Assembly: GCA_008369845.1 (NCBI GenBank)
Contig: MRSU01007434.1
Span: forward strand, 1 to 49,168
Origin: Trichomonas gallinae
Taxonomy: Eukaryota
Reading direction: 5' to 3'
Length of the DNA stretch: 49,168 nucleotides
Shown here: positions 1-10,693 of the stretch, piece by piece
How positions within the stretch are numbered: position 1 is the stretch's first letter
How the letters are laid out: the number at the start of each line of letters is the position of its first letter
Notes under the pieces: model-generated
Databases searched by the model: none
Told to the model about the DNA's origin: nothing
Seen by the model: only the letters and a program-made list of their open reading frames with translations
Translations under genes and position numbers: made by a program

Positions 1-464
1 AATATCCCTATGGTCTGCGGTCCATATATACGAAGAATGGATCAAAAATTCAGATTTTCAAACCTCCGAGGTACCTTTATGGACTTCACCAGAATTTAAC
101 CATAAAATGTAGAACACTTCTCTGTATTGATTATCAGTAAAGCTAAAAATACCAGATTGAGTTGTGAGTTTCTCTTTTTCATGCTCACTGTATTCATCTT
201 CTTTATAAAGACCACAGATTTCATTCTTTTCATTTCTGATTTTTTAAAATGGCATAGTCATTCTCTTGAAACAATGATACATCTGGATACAATACACAGA
301 GAGAACTAAATACACTTTAACTATATACTATATGACAAATAACTAATAATTTGGTTGATATTTGTGGTATAGTTCCTCAAATATCAAAATCGAATATTGA
401 TCATTAACAGTTATAATATGCTTGCATGCACAAATGTTCTACAAAATGAGAATATTCTATAAAA

Positions 465-1514
465 TTACGAATTTTCTTCTATTTCAGCAACAAAATCGTA
501 TTCTTCATCACTCGACGATAGGAGACTTGTAACTCCATCTTGGATATCTAATTTCTGTGTTTCATACATTTTCGAATCAAAAATATCATCAGGAATGCTT
601 TCACTATAGGTAATTGTCATTGTGCTTGGAATATCATCGTCAATACCGAAAACTGCCAATGTCATCTTCAAAGCCATATTTGGTGTGATATAACACCATT
701 GTCTCTTAATGGTATTTCATCCGGATAACAAGCATTTCTTGGAATTGTAATCTCATATAATACAGCAGCGCATTCACTTGGCCGCTTAAATACTTTTGGT
801 AATGATCTCCTTGATATTCTCTTCTTCCTTGGCTCTTTTTCTTTTGGTTATTTGGTAATTTGTTTATCTTTAGGAGAGGAAGCCTTTTTAATGCGTGAGT
901 TAGTGCAACAACATCGAATGCTGCATAAAGAACTTGTATTATTGCAAGATTTGGCTTTTCCTAGTTAGATAGAGTCACCATTTTTTTTAATAGCAAAAAA
1001 TGGAGACCCTACTAAATTATTCATGAGATCATGGAAGTTTTTTTGGAAAATCCATTCGGGATGAGAGATGTGGATTCTATATCTTCGATATCTATCTCTA
1101 CATCATGCCCGAATAAGTCTCTGAGTTTTGTTTTGTCATTTCCAATTTTTTTTTTCCTATAAACATGTGCGAAACAAGAAACTATTTTAGCTCAGCACTA
1201 GGTTCAGATGGCAGATGACGAATAAGCAATGCCCAATCACTTGTAGAAAACTGAAATAATAAAACGTGATATTGAAAACTTGAGGTATACGATACACTTC
1301 ATTCTAAATCGATGCATATGGGCTTATCTACGTCAACAAGCTTCAAATGCTCAAGAAAGTCTGGATGATCAACAGATATTAGATAAAATGGAGTTATTTT
1401 GTTTTTAAAAAACAAAGCTTTCCACATTTCACCCACATTACAGTCATTCCTCCGCAAGGATAGAAGAGAATAGTTGTCAGTTACATGTATAATACCGCAA
1501 TATTTCATATTCAT
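465..1514 (-). pseudogene. Disrupted DEDDy (WRN/RNase D-like) 3'-5' exonuclease gene
   Basis: Reading the minus strand on from ORF 1299..1514 through stops and frameshifts gives KPICIDLE*(W)...LLFQFST...LLIRH...FL...FIGK/IGNDKTKLRDLFG...IEDIE...VTLSN*(W)EKPNLAIIQVLYAAFDVVAL, i.e. ExoI (DxE), ExoII (ND) and ExoIII (YAAxD). It has at least 3 in-frame stops and frameshifts in A runs. ORF 465..677 is probably the acidic C-terminal remnant, but that boundary is uncertain. Confidence 0.8.
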
Positions 1515-2451
1515 ACTTTACTTGACAAAACTTTATTTTATATGGCAATTTTAGACTATTTTTGCCAAAAATCACTTTATTTGTCAAATTTATTCCATTT
1601 TTCCAAATTTCTGCTTTATTTGACGAATTATTATAATATTTGCCAGATAATTACTTTATATGGCAGATTAAATGATGTCAAAATATGCAAAATGTTTTTA
1701 TAATTGAAGAAAATGATACAACAACATGCACGTATTAATAGTTTTGGCAAATAATTTGGTGACAGAAAAAATTTAATCAAATCGCTTATGAAATGCGATT
1801 CAATCAAAATTCTCTATTGCATTTTATTTCCTTTGATGCAATCTGTTGATTCTAAATATTTATAAGTGTCGATGCGCAATTTATGACAGATCTGATGATT
1901 CGCAAAACTTTGTTACATGATCTATGTGTTTATATTGACTAATGTGAACAATATATTTGATTTCATGCAGTCGCTACTATTTCTTTAATATATTTATCTC
2001 GAAGTAAAATAAAATATCAAATTTAAAGCTTCCGAGAGTCGATTAAATAATCATTCTATTCTAATACAATCATGTATCGAAATGAATAATCACCAAAATA
2101 TCAGAAAAGAGAAAAATAGCAATTTTCCAAGGAAGAATGGATAAATTCAATATTTTGATGATTAATTCTTTTCTTCTAGCATGTGGGCATATGTATCAAT
2201 GCATAAAATAATGATAAAAAATAATTATAAAAATTTGTTCTCTTTTATTTTACAGATTATTATATATAATTATTAAAACTTTTAAAATTCAAAGGGATTT
2301 CGTTTAAAATATTCAAAAGTTTTGAATGGGCGCTATTCAAAGCATTAACGATCTGTTTTTCCCGGTTACTGCATAATACCCTGATATATTTTTTTCAGAG
2401 AGCGACGATTATTTTTTTTTTTTCTTTGGTGTTGTGACTGAGTTAATTAAA

Positions 2452-3633
2452 ATGTCTAAAAGACAAAAGAGTTTTCTTGGTCTTGACGTCCTAACAAAAG
2501 CCATTCTTGAACAGCAGGAGAAGATCAGCTCTTTGACTGAGGTTAAGAATGCCTGTCTGATTTGCGTTAAACAATACCAAGAAGAAATAACAGAATTGAA
2601 GGATTGCTTACTCAAAATAAAAACAGCAATAAATTCAAAAGCGATTCTGCATGCTCAAATCCCGTTATCAAACGAAACTAGGCCATCTTTGAAATTATTA
2701 AGAAATTACAACATACAATTCACTACAACGTCTCAGATTCCGATGAACGATGTTTTATGTGCGGTCAAATATTCACGAAATGGCGCCTTCTTTGCATTTT
2801 CTACATATCTAAAATTATATTTATACGATGCCGTTAAAAATGATTGTATTCAAGCTGTCTCGCTTCCTTTTGATACAAACAAGGCTTACGAAAAAGCAAC
2901 AAGAAATGTCGTTTTTTCACCAGATAGCAAATATATCGTTGTTTGCGCTGCAGATTTCTCAATTTTCGCTTTTAATGTGCCATCTTTAACACATGCGGCT
3001 ACAATTCAAAAATCTTCGGAAGCAGCCTCGGCAATCGCGTTTTTCAATGACTGTAAACGTATGATAACGACAAACAAGAACGGAGTTGTTAACATATGGA
3101 GTCTCCCACAGTTCGAACTCATAAAAACAGTTAAAATAGCCAAAAACCAAAATATTGTATCTGTCCTCATAACGAATGATGACAGCAGCGTTATAATTCT
3201 TGCTTCAAACAGCGATATATATTTTTACGATTCGAATCTTGCGCAGGAGCCATCTGTTGTCTCTGCGGAAAGTACTTTTGTATATAGTGGTGCTTTATCC
3301 CGCAGCTCAACATACTTGTGCATCGCAACGCAGGATCCTAACGCGAAACTATTCAACTTAGTCGGTAAATTCAGATTAGATAAGAATCTCGTCGGACATA
3401 CAGATTTTATTATCGGTGTTGAATTCTCACCCGATGGAAAACTCATATTTACGGCATCAAAAGATGAAACTATTCGCGTTTGGGATGTCGAATCAGGCGA
3501 ATTACTACAGACGTTGAGTTGTCATCGGAACACAGTCTTTGCGGTCTCACATCATCCTACAAAGAGCCAAATTATTTCGTGTTCAGGTGATGGTTCAATT
3601 TGTATTTCGTCTTATAATATTGTAAATAAATAA
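2452..3633 (+). CDS. WD40-repeat protein with N-terminal coiled coil (Tup1-like architecture)
   Basis: First ATG at 2452 in an AAAATG context. WD40 repeats such as LVGHTDFIIGVEFSPDGKLIFTASKDETIRVWD. Stop TAA followed by A. Confidence 0.88.
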   Translation: MSKRQKSFLGLDVLTKAILEQQEKISSLTEVKNACLICVKQYQEEITELKDCLLKIKTAINSKAILHAQIPLSNETRPSLKLLRNYNIQFTTTSQIPMNDVLCAVKYSRNGAFFAFSTYLKLYLYDAVKNDCIQAVSLPFDTNKAYEKATRNVVFSPDSKYIVVCAADFSIFAFNVPSLTHAATIQKSSEAASAIAFFNDCKRMITTNKNGVVNIWSLPQFELIKTVKIAKNQNIVSVLITNDDSSVIILASNSDIYFYDSNLAQEPSVVSAESTFVYSGALSRSSTYLCIATQDPNAKLFNLVGKFRLDKNLVGHTDFIIGVEFSPDGKLIFTASKDETIRVWDVESGELLQTLSCHRNTVFAVSHHPTKSQIISCSGDGSICISSYNIVNK

Positions 3634-4453
3634 AGTTTATGTGATCTGTTGCGGCCAATATTGTTCTCAAATCCATTGGCTTGCAGTTGTAAAATATTTG
3701 TATCTCTTGAAATTTAAATTTATTCATACAATCATTAGAACCAAACTGAAATGAGGATCAAACAATAGTTTGATCAAAATAACATTAGTACTCCTTCTTA
3801 ATATCGTATATATCTAACAGTTTTTGATTTTCTAATGAATGTATTTTCGATCTTTCAATTTATTTCGGAAAATTAAGGCATTTGCTATATTTTAAATAGT
3901 ATCATTTTGTTAATAGCCAATAAAAAGAAGAAAGCAACAAGCATATAAGTATTAGATCAAGAAATAAAATTGACGTTTATATCTTATTGGACAACATATA
4001 GTTTTGTTTAAATTTTTATAGTTAATAATCATTTTATAGTTATAAAGTCAGTTCGTTTCACGATTTGATCAAAAATCAAAATAAATATAACCTTATTTAT
4101 TCGGCACCTTTTTCATCAAATAACACAAGATCAGATTGATATATTTATCTAAAAATAATATTAATAATCATTAGACTTATAGAAAAATGATATTTTAGTG
4201 GAGATCATGGAATTTATTGGTTGCAATTATTTGAGATTTCATGAAAAAATTTCAATTACGATTAAATGCAAAATCTGCTATCAAAATAAATATCTACAGG
4301 TGATGCATTGTTTAATGATATCCATAAAAAAGTGAATTTTGCATCGTTTTTTACAACAAAAGTGACAAATTCTCAGTAACCACCTCAAATCCTGCTGTAT
4401 ATAGGCTAAGCTGACCTTATTAGAACCAAAACGACGAGAAAATTTCAAATAAA

Positions 4454-6319
4454 ATGTTCGATTTTCACCCAACCGTTGCTAAGCAAGGAGTTCGAGCGGA
4501 AAAGGGTGCAAGATCACATATTATTGGGCAGTCTGATAGCAGTACATTGCTTTATTCCGTAAATACTTTGAGCCACACGATTATTGAGCAAGTTAATTCA
4601 GATGGCTCTTCTATAACAGTAATATCATTCAAAGGATACATGGATTTCGTTAGTGCCTCAATATCAAGTGATAAAATGCTTTTGCATTTAACAGAAAGAA
4701 TTCCTGAAGAAACAGGATTCGTTTTTTCTTCATATATCGTTAATATTCAGACATGTGCAAAGTCAGCTCCGATACAATCCAATGATACCGTCACAGCTTT
4801 CTTCATACCTCAAAAGCAAGACAACAATTATCAAATAATTCATATTAATGGTTCAACCATTGCACATTTGACAGTGAAAGTATCCAAGAATGAAGTAAAA
4901 CTACAAAGACTACGCGGAGGTATCAACTTTCATGATACTTTGTGGTGGAAATATGATATCAAAAATTATTTGTTATCGGTAGTACACAAATACGACAATG
5001 CAATGGTATTAACTGAATTTATATTTGCTAAAGGTAGTACAACAACCCTTCCAATGATGCCATTTCCAATCCTCGAAGAACAAATTTTGCCTCCTGAGCT
5101 TTCATTCCAGCCCATTTCTCTTTCACATCTCCCATACTATGAATTCACAAACAAAAGAATCTTCATGTCCCACTACAAATCAAAAACACTTTTAATTCAA
5201 CAAGTAACATCAAAAGAACCAAACAAACTCGCATTTTTCGTGTCAGTTTATCCCACCAACTTCAATGACTACATTACAATTGATGCTGTTAATACAGAAA
5301 TTCCAATTAGTTTTTATCATTGCGGTGAATGTGCAATAGTTTTCTCTCCAAACATATTCATGTGCTTCGTTAACTTTACTAGAGGAGCTCCATCCACTCA
5401 TGTTTATTATGAAACTCATCCAAATCCAGTGCAAATCTCAGATAATTGCCAAACAATCAGAAACACGAATTTAATCATTGATATGACGAATGGAAACGTT
5501 TATGATGTGTGTCCAAGGATAGACAAGCTTATATCTAGAATTGCTGAATCAACAAATAAAGATTTCAAATCAATTGCACTATTTGCACAAAGGCAATGCA
5601 CAAAAGAGAACATTATTGCATTATTTAACGCGTTGATGACGAATTGGGACAAAAAACTTGCTTTGAATACATTAACACACTTTTTCGTTTGCGCAATGCA
5701 TTCAATCAAGCACGAAAACATTCAATTTGGTTCAGCTCCGATGTTTGTTCCACATCACACACCAATACAGACAATAAACACCAGAGAATTCCTCGAAAAA
5801 GCTGACTTAAAATCATTTTTAAGATCGCAAAAAGTTATCGACAAAATCTCGCCATTGTTGAATGATATAGTCTCCAATCACCCATCAGCTACAGGCAAAC
5901 CGACCCGCCAGCAGATCTTCTTCCTTCTCACGCAGTCATCTATCAACAGGAAGTCACGGCCAACTGACGAATGCGCAATGTCCGCTCTGAGGAAAATGGA
6001 GAGACAAAATGCGATTGTTACTACATTAAGGATCGCTTTGAACGAGTGGAGGGAAGCCAGCAAGCCAGCTCCTTCTGTCTACTACTGCATAATAAGGATA
6101 ATCCAGTTCATCACCATTCATCATTTTTGGCCTGCTGTTGTTGGAATCGACAAGGAAATTTATGAAATGAAGAACGAAGATGACGTGAGAGATGCTGCTT
6201 CACACATGGAGTTTATCCTTCATGACGGCAGGAGGAAGTCTGTCGAAATCAAAGAAGACCTCGATAGTGCAGAGCTTCAAACTATTGATGATCGTTTCAT
6301 CGAAAATTATGATGTGTAA
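4454..6319 (+). CDS. 621-aa beta-propeller + helical protein, possibly gamma-secretase-activating protein (GSAP/Pigeon)-like
   Basis: Long clean ORF with AAAATG start and an AAAGTGAC motif at 4359-4366. The CDS is secure. The family call rests on remembered co-linear motifs (SASISSDKMLL, LWWKYD, ISFY...IVFSPNIFMCFVN, IIDMTNGNVY) and is tentative. Confidence 0.6.
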   Translation: MFDFHPTVAKQGVRAEKGARSHIIGQSDSSTLLYSVNTLSHTIIEQVNSDGSSITVISFKGYMDFVSASISSDKMLLHLTERIPEETGFVFSSYIVNIQTCAKSAPIQSNDTVTAFFIPQKQDNNYQIIHINGSTIAHLTVKVSKNEVKLQRLRGGINFHDTLWWKYDIKNYLLSVVHKYDNAMVLTEFIFAKGSTTTLPMMPFPILEEQILPPELSFQPISLSHLPYYEFTNKRIFMSHYKSKTLLIQQVTSKEPNKLAFFVSVYPTNFNDYITIDAVNTEIPISFYHCGECAIVFSPNIFMCFVNFTRGAPSTHVYYETHPNPVQISDNCQTIRNTNLIIDMTNGNVYDVCPRIDKLISRIAESTNKDFKSIALFAQRQCTKENIIALFNALMTNWDKKLALNTLTHFFVCAMHSIKHENIQFGSAPMFVPHHTPIQTINTREFLEKADLKSFLRSQKVIDKISPLLNDIVSNHPSATGKPTRQQIFFLLTQSSINRKSRPTDECAMSALRKMERQNAIVTTLRIALNEWREASKPAPSVYYCIIRIIQFITIHHFWPAVVGIDKEIYEMKNEDDVRDAASHMEFILHDGRRKSVEIKEDLDSAELQTIDDRFIENYDV

Positions 6320-6722
6320 GTAATGATATGTATATTATTATTGAAAATAAATAGTATTATTGTAAATATAGTAATTATTCAATTAATATTATTTTTTGAA
6401 AATATAAAATCACAAATATGGCAATATATGATTGGACTAATAATAGTTTAGCGAAAATAATAGATATTTTATTATAATCAATGCTATTTGACTATGATTT
6501 TTATCAATAAAAATTAAATCAAGTAAATGATAATATTTGATAAGCATAAAGATATTCTTTATTACATATTTACAGATAATAATAGTTTCAACGAAATTCA
6601 ACAATAATATTTTATTTCGCGGAATAAAATGTATCTGTGAATAAATTAGATATTAAAAATGAAAAATGTGAAAGATAGTTTAAATGTAGATAGAAGCAGA
6701 TTTAGATTTATTTGTAATTTGA

Positions 6723-8162
6723 TTATTTTGGATCTTGATTTGTTTGTATATTTGTGTTAGCTTTGTACTGGAGAAGAAATTCGATGATTTCTTGTCTGTT
6801 TTCATTTCTAGCAGCAATCAATGCAGTTTCACCCCTGTAATTCTTTTCGTCGACATCGAATCCGTAATCAAGCAACAATTTTACGATTTCTGTCCTTCCT
6901 GCTGTGCAGGCCATGTAAAGAGCTGTTTCTTGTGTGAATCCTCTCTGTAATTTATCTATTTTTCCTGATTTGAGCAAAACTTTGACATTTTCAGTATATC
7001 CATATCCACAAATGCATGAAAATGCATAATAAGAAATATTGACACCAATAGACAGCAAAAACTCTACGATAAACGCATTATTTCCTGCATGAAAGATTGG
7101 TTCATCGTAATTTACATCAATTCCATTTTTGATGCAGAAAAGTATGGAGTTTAAGGATGCACTCTTTATGGACTCAATGTATGCTGTCTGCAAACTATAT
7201 ATTCTGTTTTGTTCCTCAATATAATTCTCTAGAAGCCAATCCATTAGATTTGGTTGAAAAACTGCAGCAATTGCCAAAGCATTGGTAGAATGACAATTAT
7301 ATTGTATACATATTCTTATTATTTCAATGTTACCGCCAATAATGGCCGATTCTAATGATTTGCTATCAAAATTAGGATTTGTAACGCAGATATACTTAAA
7401 TATTTGAATAGAACCATTAGCGGCAGCAAAATTTAACAATGTGAAGGTATCAGATAAGTTCATTGATGAAAAAATTGAATTTTGATATAATTTTGTAAAA
7501 TCAATGGCGTCATTTGCTGAAAACTCAACAAACTTGTCTAAATCATCATTGATAATAGAAACGAGTAATTGATCATGATTTCCAAAGTTAAGAATATTAT
7601 TCAAGTAAAAATAGTTTTTTTCGATTAATTGATCGATGGAAGGAAGATATTTTGTTGTAGATTCAAATATATACCCAGGATTTTGACGAGAAACTTTGAT
7701 TGATTCGAATAATTTAGAATCTAAATCATTGATTTCTTTAAGGAAGAAAATTCCAAGGTATGTCTTGTATGCATTATGTTCTGAGTCTATTGATTTAATG
7801 ATTGGAAGAATTTCTTCAATGTGATAAATTCCAATTTCGTAACAAGCCCTTAATAGGATTAAATATAGTTTATTATCCAAAAATCTACCATTATCTGTAT
7901 TGATATGCAAAGCTAAATCAAATAATTTTTGTTTCAATTGATTAAAGTCTGGTTTTGTTATTAATGAATCCAATAATTGTGCTATAATTGTCCTATTCTT
8001 GAAGTTAATTGATACTAATCTAACCAAAAAAGTAAGAAAATCATCAAGATAAAGTTTTGCATGTGATTTTATAATTTTTTCAGTGATTTCGTTTATGTTT
8101 TCATCAGTTAATGTTGAAAGCATTTGTTCTAGCCCAACTAGAACGTCAAACTTAGTTTGCAT
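6723..8162 (-). CDS. Ankyrin-repeat protein (trichomonad DUF3447-type family)
   Basis: SIINDDLDKF...LLNFAAANGSIQIFKY...AIIGGNIEIIR, with C-terminal ankyrin repeats (ETALYMACTAGRTEIVKLLL, ETALIAA). TCATT Inr upstream. Confidence 0.9.
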   Translation of the reverse strand: MQTKFDVLVGLEQMLSTLTDENINEITEKIIKSHAKLYLDDFLTFLVRLVSINFKNRTIIAQLLDSLITKPDFNQLKQKLFDLALHINTDNGRFLDNKLYLILLRACYEIGIYHIEEILPIIKSIDSEHNAYKTYLGIFFLKEINDLDSKLFESIKVSRQNPGYIFESTTKYLPSIDQLIEKNYFYLNNILNFGNHDQLLVSIINDDLDKFVEFSANDAIDFTKLYQNSIFSSMNLSDTFTLLNFAAANGSIQIFKYICVTNPNFDSKSLESAIIGGNIEIIRICIQYNCHSTNALAIAAVFQPNLMDWLLENYIEEQNRIYSLQTAYIESIKSASLNSILFCIKNGIDVNYDEPIFHAGNNAFIVEFLLSIGVNISYYAFSCICGYGYTENVKVLLKSGKIDKLQRGFTQETALYMACTAGRTEIVKLLLDYGFDVDEKNYRGETALIAARNENRQEIIEFLLQYKANTNIQTNQDPK

Positions 8163-8200
8163 ATCCTAGGAAAATGAAAAAACTTTTTGGAAATGAAATA

Positions 8201-8284
8201 TGACATGTAAAGCCTACCGTCGAAATTTTTGCCGTGTAAATGATATATGTCATGTAAATAAAATATTTGTCAATTTACATGACA
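8201..8284. promoter_or_regulatory. Divergent promoter with four TG(A/T/C)C(A/G)TGTAAA motifs
   Basis: TGACATGTAAA 8201, TGCCGTGTAAA 8230, TGTCATGTAAA 8248 and TTTACATGACA 8274, all inside the 138-bp gap between two divergent ATGs. Confidence 0.55.
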
Positions 8285-8300
8285 AATTGTCAAAATCCAA

Positions 8301-8576
8301 ATGACACAAGATATAAATCAACTGAAACAAATACTTCAAAACCAAATGTTACTGAGGGATGATTTATCCAAGCAATGCTTGAAACGCGAGGAAATACAGA
8401 ATAACAAGCAAAAAGAACTTCAAAATCAAATATCTCAATTACAATCCCATTTGAAATCACTCGATATCTACATAAAAAGATTAGCGCTTGTTCACTCTCA
8501 AATTTCCGCCGCTCCTTCATATCCACTATCAAAAGATGATTACACAGAAATTCTCAGACTTGTCAGTACAATGTAA
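8301..8576 (+). CDS. Small coiled-coil protein (weak resemblance to BLOC-1 Snapin/Pallidin family)
   Basis: 91-aa ORF with CAAATG start, heptad-rich sequence and a QNQMLLRDDL motif. Divergent from the ankyrin gene. Confidence 0.65.
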   Translation: MTQDINQLKQILQNQMLLRDDLSKQCLKREEIQNNKQKELQNQISQLQSHLKSLDIYIKRLALVHSQISAAPSYPLSKDDYTEILRLVSTM

Positions 8577-8937
8577 CCACATATTCACACATTGACATTG
8601 TATTTTTTTGAAATATTATTAACGTTATATTATTGCTACCAAAATTTTTTGTTGATTTTCGCCAATAATGAGCTTCAAAGTCATTTCCTTTTGTTACAAC
8701 ATTCAGTAGTAGATGTTTTATTTTGAAATTTGTTCAAAAATTGGTTAATTTTCAATAAAGAAAACTGAATTACTCATAATTTAGAGTCCTTTATTGGATT
8801 ATAATGATTTGGATCGTTAAAACTGCATAAAATTTAACAATTCATGTTTTTAATATAAACATCAACATAATATAAAAATAAATTAATAGAAATTTCCCTT
8901 CTTTCCAATAATATTAATTGATTTTCGTGTATATGAT

Positions 8938-10461
8938 TTAGTCGCAAACTTCATCTTCAGCTTCTTGCGTGCTTCTGTAATGAGGATGATTAACTGTTTC
9001 ACCTCCAAACTTCTTGAAAACGAGAAGTGCTTTTCTTCGGTTCCTGTATATGATGAAAGCAAAGAGCATCAAAATAAGTGAATAAATTAAAGTGATAAAC
9101 CAACGAATCCAGCCAATCTTCTTGATTGGTTTGATTTCTGTGTCTTGAGTGACTGCACAGTATGCATCTGTTGCTGTTCCTTCGATTGTAACTTCGTTGA
9201 CGATTCTCATAACTCTGAGAAAATTATCTTTCATTTCGATTGTGTTTACTGCTTTATTTGTCAGTACTAATGCAGTTCTCTGTGCTCCTGTAAGTGAGTA
9301 TTGGTAAGACAAAGCATTTCCGTGATCAATCCACAACTTTTTCAATTTCATCAGCAAATCTTCAGTTAAAATAATTCCATTGTTTGTCAGGATGATTTCT
9401 CCTGCATTTGTTTGGAAAACATTCGCTCTGTCTAAGCATGAAAGGCAGTTTGTTCTCGTGAAAATCGTTTGAATCTTTTTAATTTCATTATTTTCGCAGA
9501 TTAAAAGATCCGAATCCTTTATTTCTTCATTAACTGCCTTGTAAATTCCATGATCAATCTGTTGTAAATGGTTAATATTCAAATGCTTATAAATAATATT
9601 ATTCTCTTTCATTAATGAATGATATAGAAGTGTGAGTTCTTTCTCTCTGTTTTTATCTGATGTGAGGGAGATAACTTTAACATTAGGGTAATGTTTCTTG
9701 AATTTCTTGAAGTGCAAATCAAATCTTTTCGCTGATTCTTCTCTTTTTCCTAATGAGGGCGGCATAAAAGGATCTTCTGGTGGAATCTGAGACCAATGTG
9801 CTGGAATTGATCCTCTAAGTTGAACATAGCCGATAATTTTGTTATTTTCAAAATAAATTTGCTCCGATTCAACAAAATTCGCTGGATGTCCTCGTCTATC
9901 AGCGCCACGAGTCCAGTAATGCACTCCAGCATAATTTCGGGATCTCCTCGCCATGATTAAGAATGGAAAGTCATAGCCGACGAATCCTGCAATGACCGGA
10001 CGAAGAAAATAATCTGTTTCGAAAATATTCTTAAAAGATTGCATTGGTACTTTATTCCATGTGAACTCACCTCGTAGCTTCTTTCCCTGAAGCTGATCTT
10101 GATAATTCACTGCTAAATTTTCATTTTTATCATCTGAGTAATAAATCGTGCAGAGATTCAGTCCTTTGTCTAGTAATGCTATAAGATCTTTGTCTGCTTG
10201 TCCATTTGTAATTTGGATGATTTTTGTTTGTGTGATTTGTTTTATTCTCCTAAATTCGCAAATATCTGTGGATTTTTCGACAATTACTATGAAAAGCTCG
10301 TCATTTAATTTGTATATTCCTAAAGGAAACAAGAATTCGTAAGATTGCAAATTATTTTCTTCTTCAAATTGATGAATGACTTCATGTGTAGTTCTATCAA
10401 CTATAACTGATTTGAGTGGATCATTAATTCTTACTGCTTTTGCAGAAATATCAAGTTTCAT
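8938..10461 (-). CDS. Sac1-like (SacI homology) phosphoinositide phosphatase with C-terminal membrane anchor
   Basis: RGADRRGHPANFVESEQ, YVQLRGSIPAHWSQ and RTNCLSCLDRANVFQ (CX5R). Hydrophobic C-terminal segment WFITLIYSLILMLFAFIIY. Confidence 0.92.
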   Translation of the reverse strand: MKLDISAKAVRINDPLKSVIVDRTTHEVIHQFEEENNLQSYEFLFPLGIYKLNDELFIVIVEKSTDICEFRRIKQITQTKIIQITNGQADKDLIALLDKGLNLCTIYYSDDKNENLAVNYQDQLQGKKLRGEFTWNKVPMQSFKNIFETDYFLRPVIAGFVGYDFPFLIMARRSRNYAGVHYWTRGADRRGHPANFVESEQIYFENNKIIGYVQLRGSIPAHWSQIPPEDPFMPPSLGKREESAKRFDLHFKKFKKHYPNVKVISLTSDKNREKELTLLYHSLMKENNIIYKHLNINHLQQIDHGIYKAVNEEIKDSDLLICENNEIKKIQTIFTRTNCLSCLDRANVFQTNAGEIILTNNGIILTEDLLMKLKKLWIDHGNALSYQYSLTGAQRTALVLTNKAVNTIEMKDNFLRVMRIVNEVTIEGTATDAYCAVTQDTEIKPIKKIGWIRWFITLIYSLILMLFAFIIYRNRRKALLVFKKFGGETVNHPHYRSTQEAEDEVCD

Positions 10462-10693
10462 CAATTTACGATTTGAAAAATGTCACATTTTCGACCAACA
10501 ATTCATTCATTAACATATTCACCTCAAAAATATTTATCAACAATTTGACAAAAGTTACTATTTTAAAATTTTTTATCAAAAATACTAAAATCATTCGATA
10601 AAAACATAGTTTTCTTTTGGTATTTCGATTAATATCTGACATACAGTAATCTCCCAAGTTTAGTTGGATAATATTTTTATGAACAAACATATT

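Noticed and set aside
1..310. ORF 127..309 (+) and a coding-looking minus frame
   Set aside because: The plus ORF is F/I/L-rich shadow sequence. The minus frame has stops and no recognisable motif, so at most an unidentifiable relic at the window edge.
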